A stretch of 64,000 nt of DNA from Octopus sinensis (Eukaryota). Of the stretch, positions 36,244 to 50,770 are shown one piece after another. The notes under the pieces are model-generated. The model was not told where the DNA came from. It saw nothing but the letters and a program-made list of their open reading frames with translations, and searched no databases. Both the position numbers and the translations under genes were made by a program. Where the stretch lies: the NCBI RefSeq assembly GCF_006345805.1, contig NC_043012.1, forward strand, positions 13,392,001 to 13,456,000. The letters run 5' to 3'. Positions within the stretch are counted from its first letter, which is position 1; the number at the start of each line of letters is the position of its first letter.

Positions 36244-36625
36244 CTAGCAGTATCGCCCGGCGTTGCTCAGGTTTGTAAGGGAAATAACTATAAAGCATTT
36301 TTAGAGAGTTATAGCCAAAAAATAACAAAAAATGGAAAAAAATGATGGTAAATTTTTTTTTTAGTTAAAAAAGGTGGAGTTGCGTCCCCTAGACATTTTG
36401 CGGTTTGTGTTTCTGATTCTCGATCCCATGTCGAATTTATCGATTTTTTTCAGAACTGGGGGAACTTTTCAAAATTTTCGCTGCGTTAGTTTTGAATTAT
36501 GACATTGGGCTATGTGTGTGTCAAGTTTCATCAGAATCGTTTGAAAGCCGTGGTCAGGGTGAGGGTACAAGCAAACAGACACACAGAAACACGCACAGAC
36601 AAACTGCCGTTTATATAGAGAAAGA
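36244..36625 (-). mobile_element. Short non-autonomous Helitron, head-to-tail with the previous one
   Basis: Minus strand starts A|TCTTTCTCTATATAAACGGCAGTTTGTCTGTG; 3' end ...CCGGGCGATACTGCTAG|T is identical to that at 32289. Confidence 0.75.
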
Positions 36626-37954
36626 TAATGCTATGCTTATGGAATATAAAGACAACAACCCCAAATCAATGCAGTTAACAGAAAGTGAAGGCAATGATAA
36701 AGGCCACATTTACGAAAATTCACATATTCTGAATACATGTTTTATACAGTTTCTATTTAATTTGCTGCTCCCCTCGATCAGAGTTTCGATTTACAGGATT
36801 GTCGTTCATGTGAAACTCAAAGCATAAACTTCTAGGAATTACAACCGTGTTTCGTGGTCTGCTACCACAACAGCTCCTTCATAGGACCCAGTTAGCTTTT
36901 GACGTGCCCCTCCCCACCTTTCGGAGATGTCTTTAGCTCTGATATTGGATGCATGTCTTCTTCTTTCTTCTGTTCGATGTATCGTCAGCGAGTGTCAGCC
37001 GGTGACTGACAGACTTGTCAATTTTTTGCATTTAAAAAGAAATGAAACCTAAACCTGTTTCGGTACCCAGGTAGAGATACGTCATTCCTTTTGTTAAAAA
37101 GTGTCGTTCATTAAATATTTTGTGAATAAACTCCAGCTCGCCGGAATCTGCATGCAATATTTTGTTTTATCAATACCAGCTTACAAAGCAAGCTAGTAAA
37201 AAAAAAAAACCAAATCCTATTCGATTGAATACATCGTTATGCGAGATAAATGTTCTGGTTCAATTGCTATAATTTTCATTTTACTCGCAGCTCATATTTT
37301 AGAAATATGTTATAAGAATCTTTTCCGGTTGTCAGTTTTCTGATAGCTTTATCGTCCATCTAGATCTGCTGGTATTTTTTGTTATCTAATCAGTAATTTT
37401 ATGCCATGGCATATTAAAGAACGTCAAATTGGTATAAAATGGAATAATATGTCTTACTGGTTATTGTAATGTATTATATCCACTTAAGCTTCCAAACACT
37501 GCGCATCATTATAAAACTTTTCCCATAAGTTTATTTATAATGCTTGCTTCAAGCATACAATTCCATTAGACGGGAATTATTTCAGCGTGCTTGGCCTTTA
37601 ATCGATTAAACCTGCAGCACTATACTGGAAGGATCAAGTCCTTCGTATGTCTCTCCTCAAAAAATGCTGTTGATTCTATTAAACATTTGAGTGGAATAAA
37701 ACCATTCATAATGGAGTACCAAGCAGTATGCCAACGTTCCGGGAATCAAAGTTATGATATATCGATCTTCAAACCAAAACTACATCTGGCATCACTATTT
37801 CCTTTGTTGTTTCAGTTGAGTTATTTCTAGTATTCGTCAGCTTACAAGTCATGCATTACGCTCCACAATCATTCCTTGACATATCTTATCTTATTCCTTG
37901 ACATATCTTATTTTTATATCATGAATAATATTCATAATATTATTTATTCCTCAA

Positions 37955-38400
37955 TACTTACTTACTTGTACTTATGGCGACATTCACCCTAGGCGGGTGG
38001 AATCGGCTTCTTCTACCACCCTCGAGGCATCTCGAGCCATGGCAGCCCACGCACGACGGTCCTGCGCCAGTTCACTGGAGATAGCGAGCCAGTCACGGTT
38101 CCATCGGCACAGGCTGACCACCTGTGGACCCGTGAGCACGGAGAGGTCCTCTTTGATCGTCGTAACCCATGTCTTCAGCTGCCCGCCCGCGCATTTCCAC
38201 CAGTTGGGAAGTGGAGTTGGGAGAAAGACATCACGGCCCAGTTCACCCACCGGACGCCTTAAATGCATGGCCAAACCACCGCAAACGCCGTTGCAAAAGG
38301 ACAGATGGAAGGGGCCGCAGAGATAGGCGAAGTCGGAGATTGGCAGTGGGAACTCGATCCACCCGACGGCAGCGAAGAATGCACCGGAGGCAGTCATTGT
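37955..38400 (-). mobile_element. RTE-clade LINE 3' end
   Basis: ORF 37984-38397 contains HLRRPVGEL...GGQLKTWVTTIKEDL...LAQDRRAW (RTE C-terminus), followed by a CAAGTAAGTAAGTA tail. Confidence 0.8.
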
Positions 38401-39339
38401 CGAAGACTTCCAGCCTTCCTCAATATTTAACAGTCACTAATAGATAAGTCAAAATGTAGTGTTTCAAGCCAAAGTTAAGTGAAAATATGCTAAATATCTT
38501 TTATTTAACGCCATCAGAAATGGCTTTCGTGTTCCCATCAATCAGACATTAGTAGTCGATAATTTGCTGAACCTCAGCATCAGTACCAAAGTGTCACGCT
38601 ATCTCTAATTGCATGTTCCTATATCATAGTTTCCGTTTTTAATTTCCTAACGTTCGGGATTTTCAAATAAGCATGATAAATCTTCGATGTTTCTCTCGCT
38701 ACAATATTAATCCTGCTTATCAGATATTTGTCGTAAATTAGCTACAGGCAATACACAGCCGCCCAGTATCAAGAAAGCAAATATTATAATAAAATACTGA
38801 GGATTTTAGAACGTCGATGTTTACATAGCAGTTACTTTGAACACAATAGAAATGAGAAAGGAAATTGTTGTTTTTTTTTACTTTTCGGTAGACTCATGAA
38901 GGATGTTACTAGTATAAGACTGTACACTTTGTTTCTCGATTTCCCTAAAACCTACGTTATAAACTACACCATATTTCCAGAATAGAGTTATATTTATCAT
39001 CACTTCTGCGATTCACAACGCTATACAAATAGATATATTTGACTCTCTAGGCGCCGATTTGCAGGCCCACTGATAGTTATTGGTTGATGTTTGCCCATCG
39101 TCTTCGAAAACAGTGTCGATCACCTGTATATGGTTGGCACTCGATAAACTGAGATAATGACATCCGTGTAAGGCAGTACGATTAACTCACATTTTACTTT
39201 GCGCCGGATGATTCTCCATGTTTCTGGTGAGAACAGTAACACGTCAACACGTCATTAATTACAGATTTGGTGAGAGAGTGCATTAAGACACTTCCTGTAT
39301 GATATCAAACGGTTCGTATAAGTGACTATTCACCCTACC

Positions 39340-40435
39340 CACAGAACTCTCACTGTATATTGTATTTGTTTGTCCGTGGACAATGTATCTCAACAACCAC
39401 TTGATGGATTCGGCTGAAAGTTTCAGGGATCTTTGGCCCCGTAACTAGCACGAACTGATAATATTTTGGGATCGATCTAGTACCTGACAAGGATTCTGGA
39501 TTATTTGTTATATTTACTTTACATGAAGTATTACTATCTTACGCCCACTTTCAAGTCTTCCTCTGATTATCTCTCTTGGAAGCACGCTCATAGTTCCCTT
39601 GTAAGTTATGGCAGCGTTGCTATTTCCAAAGTTTTATTTTCGCTTCTCTATTATTCATTTTACTCGCGTCTCTACCTTAGTACAAACTGATGGATGAAGT
39701 AATCAAACTACCTAAACAAACTGAAGCAAAACCGATCAGAAAGTTAATAACACTAATATGCTAAATAGCAATAATAAATTTAATTTATCCTAAACAAACG
39801 AATTTAAAACCGTTCAGAAAGTAAATAATATTAACATATTCAAAAGTAATAATAAATTTAGTTTATCCGCAACAATTTTTTGCTTTACCAATTTCAAATA
39901 TATCGCTCCTGTTAAAAGAATTCTTAGCTACTTCACAATTGCATTTCTAAATCTGCCTTGAAGGAAGCTTTAATTCTTAGACTTACTCTTTTGTGCGCAA
40001 CGATGTTGCTAAACCTCAGTTAACAGCACCGTATGCAGATCACTTTTGTTTCTTTCACGCACGGATAATTTTTCCCTATAAACCCTAATGGCAGTAAAGA
40101 CACTATATCATTAGATAGACTAAAAAAGGGCTTCATAGACGAAACTGTCCATGTTCTCACTGCAAACCACACACACATCATTACAAACACGGCCCGCACA
40201 CCCAACTTCATGTTCCATGATTATCACTGGGATCGATCAGGTACCGGGCAAGGATTCTGGATTATTTTGCCGGTTTTTTACTTCATTTTTGAGAGAGGTA
40301 GGGTTCAATTTTAGTGTTCTCGTTTATAAAAGTAATCGAGTTTATTTCAGATATTCTCGTTTTAAACTCACATCCGGCGAATCGTTGAGAGCAGTTCTTG
40401 TTGCCTTGCCGGGGGTTTGCGCTCTCTGAGTACTC

Positions 40436-40438
<3 letters not shown>
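39340..40438 (+). mobile_element. Decayed Helentron/DINE-like non-autonomous element
   Basis: 5' GTTTGTCCGT...ATCTCAACAACCACTTGATGGATT..GCTGAAAGTTT; internal duplicated GGGATCGATC..GTACC.G.CAAGGATTCTGGATTATTT (39467, 40229); 3' GGGGGTTTGCGCTCTCTGAGTACTCTT. The class is assigned by resemblance only. Confidence 0.4.
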
Positions 40439-40760
<322 letters not shown>

Positions 40761-41074
40761 TAGACGTCGTACAGTATGCAATATCATCAGGTTGTTCATT
40801 GAAGATATGTCAACGGGGGATTTGTACCGTTTGCCAAATCACAACTACTTTACGCAACATACGTGCAGTTCCAATTATTGATAACTTTAGCAATGCATCT
40901 AGATTGTAGGGTTTTCATATATTTTTACAGATTGGGTGGTATTGAACCCAATACTCCGATGACAATAGGGATAGCCTTTATATTTGAATCTCGTAACTGC
41001 CACAGCTTAGCGATCTCAGTTATCAGATCTCTATGTTTATCAAACTTTTTTTCTCTTTCTTTCATGATGATGTG

Positions 41075-42000
41075 TTGACTTCCTGGCAGTGCCACGTAGA
41101 TTATTAGGCATACTTGTTTGTCCCTCCTGAAGGTTACTAAATCCGGTCTTTGGTGTTCTTAAACCTTTCCTCCCTGGAAGTCCCATAAGGTTTTTACAAT
41201 CCCATTTTCGTCCGTTACTTTTTCCGGTGTAGGTTAGTACAAAGCACCCGTAACCTCATAGCCATACTTACGGCCTACTAGCCACTGGATATTTTCGACT
41301 ACCTTGTCGTGTCTACGCTTCTGTTTTTTCTGCGCAAGACTTTCCCAATCACTATCAATATGTGTCACAATTTCGACCCTCTTCCTACACATTCTGCAGA
41401 GGTACGTTGCTCTTGTATGATATACATTCGTTTACCCTGAGTTGGTATTCAATACTGTTAGGCTTTCGGTATTCTTTTTAGGTCACCTTTGTTGAGCTAC
41501 CTCTATGATGCTTCCTGGCGTTATAATGTGTTGGTTTCACAAGGACCTCACTATGTAATTCTATACGGAATATGATTTCTTCTCTCACGTTGGCTGTTCT
41601 TGATCGGAAATCATGAGCCATTCTCAAGGCCAATTTTGTTAACTCCTTACTGTAGTAGGATTTATTTGCTGTTTACCACATATTCTTCCATAGTTCTCCT
41701 TTCACTGTTGATGCACTCCCGTATGCTAACGTGTTCTGCCTTTTTCTTCCATTTGTATGCTTGGGTTCCATCACCTGTAACGGTACTGGTACATGGAATG
41801 TATCATACACCCATTCCATTGGCTCTTCCAATCTGTCTGGTTCATTTTCCTGGAACCTCTTCATCAGTGGCTTCCTTTGTCCCTTTTCAAAACCGTTTCT
41901 GCTTTTAATTCCACACTTCATTTCCCTATGTACTCTGCTATTTCACCATCTCCCCACTAGTGTTTTCTGTTTTTAAATGATCTCACGTACACCTTATCAC
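41075..42000 (-). mobile_element. R4/Dong-like LINE 3' fragment (zinc knuckle and REL endonuclease), decayed
   Basis: Minus strand reads RMCRKRVEIVTHIDSDWESLAQKKQKRRHDKVVENIQW...PTPEKVTDENG and LWDF...EHQRPDLVTFRRDKQVCLIIYVAL. Confidence 0.75.
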
Positions 42001-42169
42001 CAATTTTGAAAAAAAGTTGAATTGATTCTCCGAGTACTTTTTTCCTCGCCAAGTAACATTTTTCAAAAATTGACTTCACCTTTCTCGCGAATAACAGTTT
42101 TGGTGGTGACCTTCCTGTACACACTTAGGAATTGCTGCAGAACGACTTTGTCTGTGACCTACTTCTTTG

Positions 42170-42950
42170 CTTTTTCTAAAGCCCTTTGAAATGTGTTCAC
42201 AAAACGTCCTGCTTGTCCATTTCACCTGGGATGGTAAGGCGCTGACGTTTTACGTTCTAACGTGAACATTTCGAAGATTTTTCTATGTTCACTGTGTTCC
42301 ATTATCATATACAATCATGTCTGGGGAGCCAAATCTTGCGAATAATTCGTGCAAGAAATTTATTACCGTTGATGAGGATGGTTTTTTGCACTTTACATTT
42401 TCCGACCATTTTGTAAAACTACTATTGTGTATTAATAACCATTTCACCGCCCCATAGAATCGATGAGTAGTCTTGTCCATGGATTCTTCACTTCTTCCAG
42501 AGCTCATCCTCTGTAAACTTATACTACGTCTTCAAATTCCTTGTTCATCTCCGACAAATACACGTAACTGCGCATAAGCGGTTTCATCATTGCGATCACA
42601 GGATGTCCAATATGGAATTCTTTCCATGTTCTTTTCTGTAGAGTCTCTCGTATCACTACCCGTATCGAAATGCATTTTGATACTAGTGTATTCGTTTCTC
42701 ACCTTGATGAATTTTCTGTTCGTTGTACAAACTTTTTTTCTGATGACAAGCTATTTATTTTTTATCGTTTGTTCCAATTTTTCGCCACCTTGGTTCTGCA
42801 ATGCAATTGTGTTTCCACAAGGAAAACGCTTGAAATTTATGTCAGTTAAACTTATGTCAGAAACATTTTTAGGCAATATAAAGTTACAGTGTTTCTCATG
42901 ATCTATCGTCGCTAGTTTCCTCTGAATTAGATGCGTTTTCATTTCGTCCG
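42170..42950 (-). mobile_element. Ty3/Gypsy LTR-retrotransposon integrase remnant
   Basis: Minus strand reads GHPVIAMMKPLMRSYVY (HHCC region), LHELFARFGSPDMIVYDNGTQ and TSAPYHPR*NGQAGRFVNTFQRAL (rve core). Confidence 0.85.
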
Positions 42951-43489
42951 TCCAGTCTTAGCTTTTGTTTCGAATTTTTTTTCAAATCTTCGGTAATATA
43001 CCGCGAAGGTGGTGACTCCTGCTTCCGGATCATATTTAAATTCATTTATTGAATTTGCTACATGGTCTTGCGAAAATGTATTTTACGGTTTTCTAACCAA
43101 CTTCGCAAGATGTAGCATTTGTTGCTGTGTTGCTTTTGGTGTTATTTGAGTTCTAACAAATTTTCCAGAATTTTACAGATTTTTCGTAAAATATGTACAC
43201 CAAACATGTTGTTTCAACGTTAACCACGTGATTTTTTATATTTTTTTATATACTTTCCGCCACAATCCTATTAGCAGTTTTGATAATGTAAATTTGATCT
43301 CGTGATTTTCTTTCGTTCAATGTGCCTCAATAAATTATTGATTTTACTCGTCTCTTAATTCAGTGTACATTCGTTGGCCTTATTAATGTCGCACATAAAT
43401 TCTGAATGTTGCACATTAAGATTGATGCATCCGCGTTCAGACCAGTGGCATTTCATTAATTACACTCATCATTATCACCCACTAATGTG

Positions 43490-44465
43490 ACAGAAGTGAC
43501 TTCCTCATCACCAAGGCAATGGATCGAGCGAAGTGCGGGGCGGTCCACAAACTCACAAGAAACACGCTCAACATCCACATAGTTTCCCAGCACCACGAAC
43601 GTTCACGACTTATTTGAATGGCCTTCAATACAAAGCCAGACTCCTTTTAGCTAAAGACCAGGAGGAGTTCCAGTCCAGCCTTGATGATAAGTTCGAGGTG
43701 ATAGGCAGTCATAATAGGGACAGCCTAAACAGTTCTTGAGCCAGAGACTGTACAACCACTCGTGGACAAGTGAGAGACCAACGTTGATTGGTAGAAACAC
43801 CTAAACGTCTCCTAGTGACGTGACACATACAGAGTCTGTAAATCCAGGACCCAGACGAAGTTTCGCAGCATACAAACCTGAAGATGCGCAGCTGTACGCT
43901 AACACTAACAAGTCCAAGGTGTCGAAGTTATTCAAGGCCCTTCCAGAAGTGGAATATCCCAGCTGGTGTCTGATGGCTATGAAAGATAAAGAAGGAATCA
44001 GGGCAAGATAGGAGAAGCACTTCAACTAACTCCTAAACCGGTCATCCACTATCGACTAGGTATAATTTGGAGGTCCTGGTCCAAGCAGCCTCGAACTATG
44101 TTCGCCCTCAGCCAAATATCACCAATGAGGGAGTCCAGCTTAAGTGGGTAGAGAGTTTAAAGTACCTTGTAAGCACAATCTCAGTCGATGAATAACTGGA
44201 CAGAGAAATTGCATCCAGAATCCACAGGACCTGTCAAGCACTTGGAAGACTAACACAGAAAGTCTTCCATCAGAAGTGTATGAGACTGTCGACAAAGCTC
44301 AAGATCTACAAGGCTGTAGCATCAGAGGGCAACGTCCGCCTCTATCCTATCAACAGACTATCGCTGTAATACCTAGGGTTACTTGCGTCCTTCCAGGTTT
44401 GGAATATAAGGTCACATGCAGTCTTATCGCTTTGAACACAGACCTTGTCGCCATTGGACATTGAT
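43490..44465 (+). mobile_element. RTE-like LINE remnant with the RT core deleted
   Basis: Peptides DFLITKAMDRAKCGAVHKL, GIRAR*EKHFN*LLNRSSTID and VESLKYLVSTISVDE*LDREIASRI...ALGRLTQKVF...LSTKLKIYKAV. Confidence 0.75.
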
Positions 44466-44579
44466 GTATTGATTTTATATACTAAGAAAAAGAATGTAGT
44501 CAAGATATGGATACAACCTATGTATTTAGCGCTTTCATTACTGATATATATATATATTATATATATATATATATATATA

Positions 44580-44681
<102 letters not shown>

Positions 44682-45426
44682 GTGTGTGTGTGTGTGTGGT
44701 GTGTGTGTGTGTGTAAAATATAACTGTTCTGCAATTGGTAAAGCTGCACTGAATGTATAGAAGCAAACATGTTTGTGGGCGACGAATGTGAAAACGTGTT
44801 CACCTTACCTCAAGGTAGAACGTCGGAGAAATAGACAACCGTGAACTCGGGTTTGCAGAATATGTTTATTATTGTAAATCTCAATGGTCCTCGTCAGCTA
44901 TGTCAATCTAAAAGACTAAATTGAAAATATCCGCTACATCAGTGCATGTATTCTCGGCCAATAGCCACAGCCATAAGCAGAAAAGTTTTATATAAAAATG
45001 TGAATATTATTACAATACAATGATATTATTTGCAGCGAAATGAAGCACAGTAAAGTAGAACTGTAAATAGGAAATAGTGGTACAACAAGGTACAAACTGT
45101 TGCTGGAAATTGCAGTCGATAACCGTTCGACTCTAGGTAAAGCTTCACTGAATTATAGAGACGCAAACTGAATGTGTGCGGGCGGTGATATATAAAACAA
45201 AATTCGTCTTAGTTTTAGGTAAACAAATGCAACACCAGAGTTTTTCGACAGACTTACATCAACAAGATATCTTTATTTGTATAAGATATCACTCACGATG
45301 ACTCTTTGAAATGGATGAAAGGGAGGAAGGCGCTAAATACAGTTTATTTATCCAAATCATGACTATTTGTTCATCTTGATATATATGTATGTATATATAA
45401 ATATATGTATATATAAATATATATAC

Positions 45427-45481
<55 letters not shown>

Positions 45482-46309
45482 TGCGCCTACGCTTGTTCAT
45501 ATATATATATATAATATATATATATATATTTGTATGTATGTTAGTGTATGTATCAAATGAAATCTCTATGAATTATCATGTAGTTTCATATACACGTAGA
45601 GTTCTGATGTAAACAAGATTTAGTATCAACACATAGAATTCTAGATGTTGAATCTTAACACATTACATATATTTCTCTTTATTAGTATATTGGAAAGTGA
45701 AGCACCATCATTTCAATTATACAATATGTAAACGAATAAGTCCATATAGCAATTTAAATATCAGGTAGCTCCTGTTGAAGATTATGACCTGGACTCACCC
45801 CACATTACTGGATATATCGAGTAACATAACACAAACTAAAAATGGCTCTTGGCCTCAAATTCTGTAATCTATAAGAGGAGCTAATTTGGTATAAATTTCT
45901 GTGCGCGATCACCATCCATTTCTTGGAACTATAATATGTGCAGTAAGATAGCACGTCAAACATAATACTGTGTTAAACACAACAAATAATACGCAAGCAT
46001 AAAGTTTATCTCTGATAAGTAGAAACAAGTAATGATACACTCGGAAAATAGTATTGTGTCTTCGGGTGGAAAGCAGCTTGAATAGGATTGTCAGCTAAAT
46101 TTGAGCCACTCTCACGACACGTACAAGGTTCTTTAGACAAGGTTCAATAGCGTTTTGCAACTAAAGAAGTATATTCTCAGTAATTAGTTGCTTCTTATTT
46201 TGCAAATAGAGAAAATATATGCAAGCGTCAAATAAATGATGACATATAATTCATGGATAATAACTCTTCGTGATGATTCTGCTGAAAAATAATCGACCTA
46301 ATTTTAGTA

Positions 46310-46960
46310 AAATTTCTTTGCTGACAGTTGCCAAAATTGTAGTAAATATTTTGCAAATTTGATTGGTGTGGCATCTATAGTAAGATTATACCTCATACTG
46401 GTTAGAAGGAGGAAGTGATTCCTCTAGTTTCAGAATATTTGTTCCGTAGAAGCAAGCTCACCACTCATTGGATGGTGAAATATTTAGGATGAATTTATAA
46501 ATCACGATAATATTACCTTAGAAAACACGTACGATTAAAATATTTTATTTTAGGGGCATCGTAATTTATTGCAGCACTTTTGTGAACTGGTTGCAAGATT
46601 GTTCATCATGTTTTTAAGCTATTATTTAACCTTGTGGACAGTCACAATCCTATGAAAAACATTAACAACGTTAAGCACCTAAAATAAAATGTTAGAGCTC
46701 GACATTTTACAGACTTGCATTTGAAGTAATCGGTCCCATTTTACGTGCTTTCTGAGAAAATACTAGCGTCGTGCATCAGTTCATTCCAAACAGTACAGCA
46801 GCTAATGAGTGGTGAGCTTCATTCCAAGAAACACATATTCTTAGGCTACAGGAATTACTTGATCATTCGATCCAAGATGAGGAGTGTTCTTACTACGCAT
46901 GCCACACAAAACAAATTTGTAAAATCTTTACTATAACTTGGCAATTGTCAGCAACAAGAT
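46310..46960. mobile_element. MITE-like element with ~60-bp inverted ends
   Basis: TTGCTGACAGTTGCCAAAATTGTAGTAAATATTTTGCAAATTTG (46318) recurs reverse-complemented at about 46905-46957. Confidence 0.45.
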
Positions 46961-47769
46961 GACACTACCGTGAGGGATTTCGAGTTACAAGCATTTTGTG
47001 TAACTTTCATCAGTACACGTGAAGTAAATATGAAATAAAATATTCTCCTAGTCTCTTCTGAAATTGGTGAAAATATGAATGACTTTCTAAACGTTTGACT
47101 GTAAGCTCCAGAAAATCACATTGAACTTGACACTAACCACCCCACCCCTTATTCAACTCATAGCAAATAAATTGTCATTGATCTTTAAAATTTGAAGCTG
47201 TCAGATGGACAGATTACGCATTTGTACCTACGAAAATTTTGATGCATCAATGCACTGTAAAGGTACATGATTAATCCATAGGCTGGAAGATACAATTATT
47301 ATCTATTGTGTTATGTGAGTCGTTTTGATTTAATGCATTTTTCTCATACACTCTCATGTGCTATGTCATTTAATATGCATTCAGTTCCTAATGATTCTGT
47401 GTTTTTAAATGACCATGAGAAAGGAAAGCATTTTATGGTTGCTAAATTTACACAGACAAGTTCATGATTCTTGTCACTAATATCTACATATTAGATAAAC
47501 GCATGTTGCTCAGACAGCGTTGTAATCAGCTCATCAAATCAACCTACAAGAAATGTTGTGTATCCAGAGCGCAAAAATCTGTCTGAATTGTCAAAATTAT
47601 ACTCATTTGTTAAGTGACAAAAGTAAAAGTCATCAATAAACGTAGACTCAAAAGCGTTAGACTTCATAGAAGTTAAAAACAAATTCCTGTTTACTACGGT
47701 TAATCGAATATATCTGCATTGTGTTAAAAAGTAGACGTGTATACACATACACACATACATACACATATA

Positions 47770-47930
47770 TCGCTTGACAACCGATGCTGGTGTGTTTACG
47801 TTCCCGTAACTTAGCAGTTCGGCAAAAGAGACCGATAGAATAAGTCCTGGGGTTCGATTTCCTCGACTAAAGGCAGTGCTCTAGCATGGCCGCAATAACT
47901 GAAACAATTAAAAGAGTAAAAAGAAAAGAG
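47770..47930 (+). mobile_element. SINE family A 3' module
   Basis: CGCTTGACAACCGATGCTGGTG...GTTCGGCAAAAGAGACCGATAGAATAAG...CATGGCCGCA. Confidence 0.7.
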
Positions 47931-49298
47931 TATATAATATGCGCCCTGGCTATCTGGTAACATGCATCCTTCGGCTACAACCTGCTTGCACCCATTAATG
48001 TGTGTGAGCGTGCGTGTGTTATGTATGTGTATGTGTGAAGTGTCTCCAGATGACACCGATGTGTGTCCACATCATTTCTCTCTCATTGCACACGCAAACC
48101 CAATGTTGGGATCGAAATCAGCATCACTTACGCACAAATTTTCTTATTTACTAGGGTGTGTCTCCGCTCGTAAGCATACACAGGAAATGTATCACTGTTA
48201 GAGTGTCTGGCAAAAAGTTTGACTGGAAAATTTTTTTTTATATATTTTACAGTTCTGTTTTCATCATTTGCTAATCAATTTTATAGTTCTCTATTTGGTT
48301 GCCCAGTTTATGAATTTATGCCATAATTTTCGGCGTAAATAACGAAATGGAAATAGTTTTAGAAATGATGTTTGGCTTAAGTATTGAGAAAATAATATTC
48401 ACCTAAGCAACTACGGCATAAATTCACAACCAACTAATGACATGAGTACATATAAACAGAGCATAATCATACGAGGACCACATTTATTCATTTATGCATA
48501 TAGAAATACATTAATAATACATATATGCAGTCTCGAACATACAAATATATGATATTCATAAAGAAATATACATAACGTATCTTTATGCAGGTATATATAT
48601 AAACAAATAGTTCTCTGTAAGTCTGTGTGAGTGTGTGTTTGCAATTTCATACGTTAGTATATATAACTGCATTCTAGCTTAACATTCAATGGTTTTATAA
48701 TTTTTTTTAGATTACATATTAGAGTAATACAGATACACATGCACACACACACACAATCGCACATATATTTTATAGATGAGAGACAGACATTCTCCGTATA
48801 GTATACACTTCGACGTGCTCAAGAGATTTGAACTTTAGCAGGTGGGGTGGGTAAATGTAAGAATTCGCAAGCTAGGCTAATCGGTATACAAAAATTATGA
48901 AATACATTTAATACAAAAAATGTACGTTTACAAATAATAGAAATTATATCAGGAATTATAGGGGTTAAATAAAAGTTTTACGAGTCAAACAGCTGTTTCT
49001 GGGTGCTTGGTGACTCAAACTAATGATTGTAAATTAATTCCATCATTGAACAATATCGGACTCTCGTATATGGAAAGATATGTACAACTTTAGTATTAAA
49101 CGTATTAAATATTTTTTATACATCGATACTCCTAACTTTCTTATCCTTATATTTACTCCCATACACGCATTTATGTATGTATACACTAGCACACATAGAT
49201 ACATGGATATGTGCATGCGCACACACACACACACATTATACTCACACAGACAAGCATGCACAAATACACACATGCACACACGTATATAGTTATATATT

Positions 49299-50498
49299 CA
49301 GAGTGCGTCAGGTATTTGAGGACAGATTTATCTTTTAAAAATAAACATATAATAACAGACAATGAATTTATTTATCAGAAAATGCTATAAGGATAAAAAT
49401 TAACCTTCCTTTCTAGAATTCTGTTCAATAAATCCACCTTTAGTCTTCAACAACTGCTTCTGTATGACATTTAAATCATCTACATGCTTCAATCAAGTGG
49501 TTCTGGTTCATTTTGGACATTACTCTGACTATGGCAGCTTTCAAAAATATTTGGAGTTATGGGCGTGTTCCTTCGCCTCTCTCTCAGCAATACCCCACAT
49601 GTAATAGTCCAATGGGTTGAGATCTGAGGAATTAGGAGGCCAAATGTTAGGGGATAAGTGATCATGAAAATTTTTTCAGCCATCGTTTCCTGTGTTTCTA
49701 GAGCCATGTTTGATAGTGTGGAGACTTACGGAAACACATATGGACTTCCATTGCATATACTGTCTATCCAGGACTTAGGAATTATTTCCAGGACCTCAGT
49801 CTAGAAGGCAGAGTTAACTCTAAGGCATTGTGGAAAGAAGTAAGGGGGCATCACGTCTCCTTTATTACTGACAGCCCCTAAACACATGACAGGTGCAGGA
49901 AATGTTGTATGCATAAAACGTGGAACTGCAGAAGGGTATGCACATAAACATTTATCATTTCGTCAGTTAACTTTTTGATCTTGGTCGATGTTTTGCATGT
50001 TTAAGTAAAAACCAAATCAAATCTTCTTCTACTGGACTTTTCAAATTAAGAGCGTCTTCGATCTGATGTAATGATTTCTTTTGCCCTTTCTGACAAATTG
50101 ACCTTTCGTCATTATATAAGTCTTATATCTGATGTCTTCGTGGACAACAATTCTGAGTGTTCTTTCTGACACATGGAGATCTTCTTCAATTGGCCTCATG
50201 GACTTTAGGGATTGTAATCAATTATCTGTTGAACTTACTGGATAAATTCAGGTGATCTGATGATTTCGGAAGGCTTAGAATGCTTTTTATGTTTTCATAC
50301 GTTTCTATCATCGGTCTGTAGCTCCTTACAAATCCAGATATTTCTAAGCACAGCCTACATAATCAAAATAACAGCATGGTCTTCATTTCTTGAGTAACAC
50401 GAGGGTCTACTGTTATTATTCTCCGAACGAAAGATTATACAGTGTTAGCAAATTATACAGCAATGACCCAAATAACCTCGAATAGCTTACGCACCCTG
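49299..50498 (-). mobile_element. Near full-length decayed Tc1/mariner element, maT (DD37D)-like
   Basis: TIRs CAGAGTGCGTCAGGTATTTGAGG and CAGGGTGCGTAAGCTATTCGAGG. Minus strand reads VMCLGAVSNKGDVMPPYFFPQCLRVN, SPYVF...MALETQE and IWPPNSSDLNPLDYYMWG. Confidence 0.8.
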
Positions 50499-50507
50499 TA
50501 TATATAT

Positions 50508-50579
<72 letters not shown>

Positions 50580-50770
50580 TATGTGCGTGCGTTTGTATAT
50601 ATACACACACCCGCACATCCTCATACATCCATGCACACAACCACATACGCATACACTCACACATCTACACACATACACACACACACACACGCAAACACAG
50701 GCACACACACACATAAATATATATATGTGTGTATATATATATATATATGTGTATATATATATATATATAT

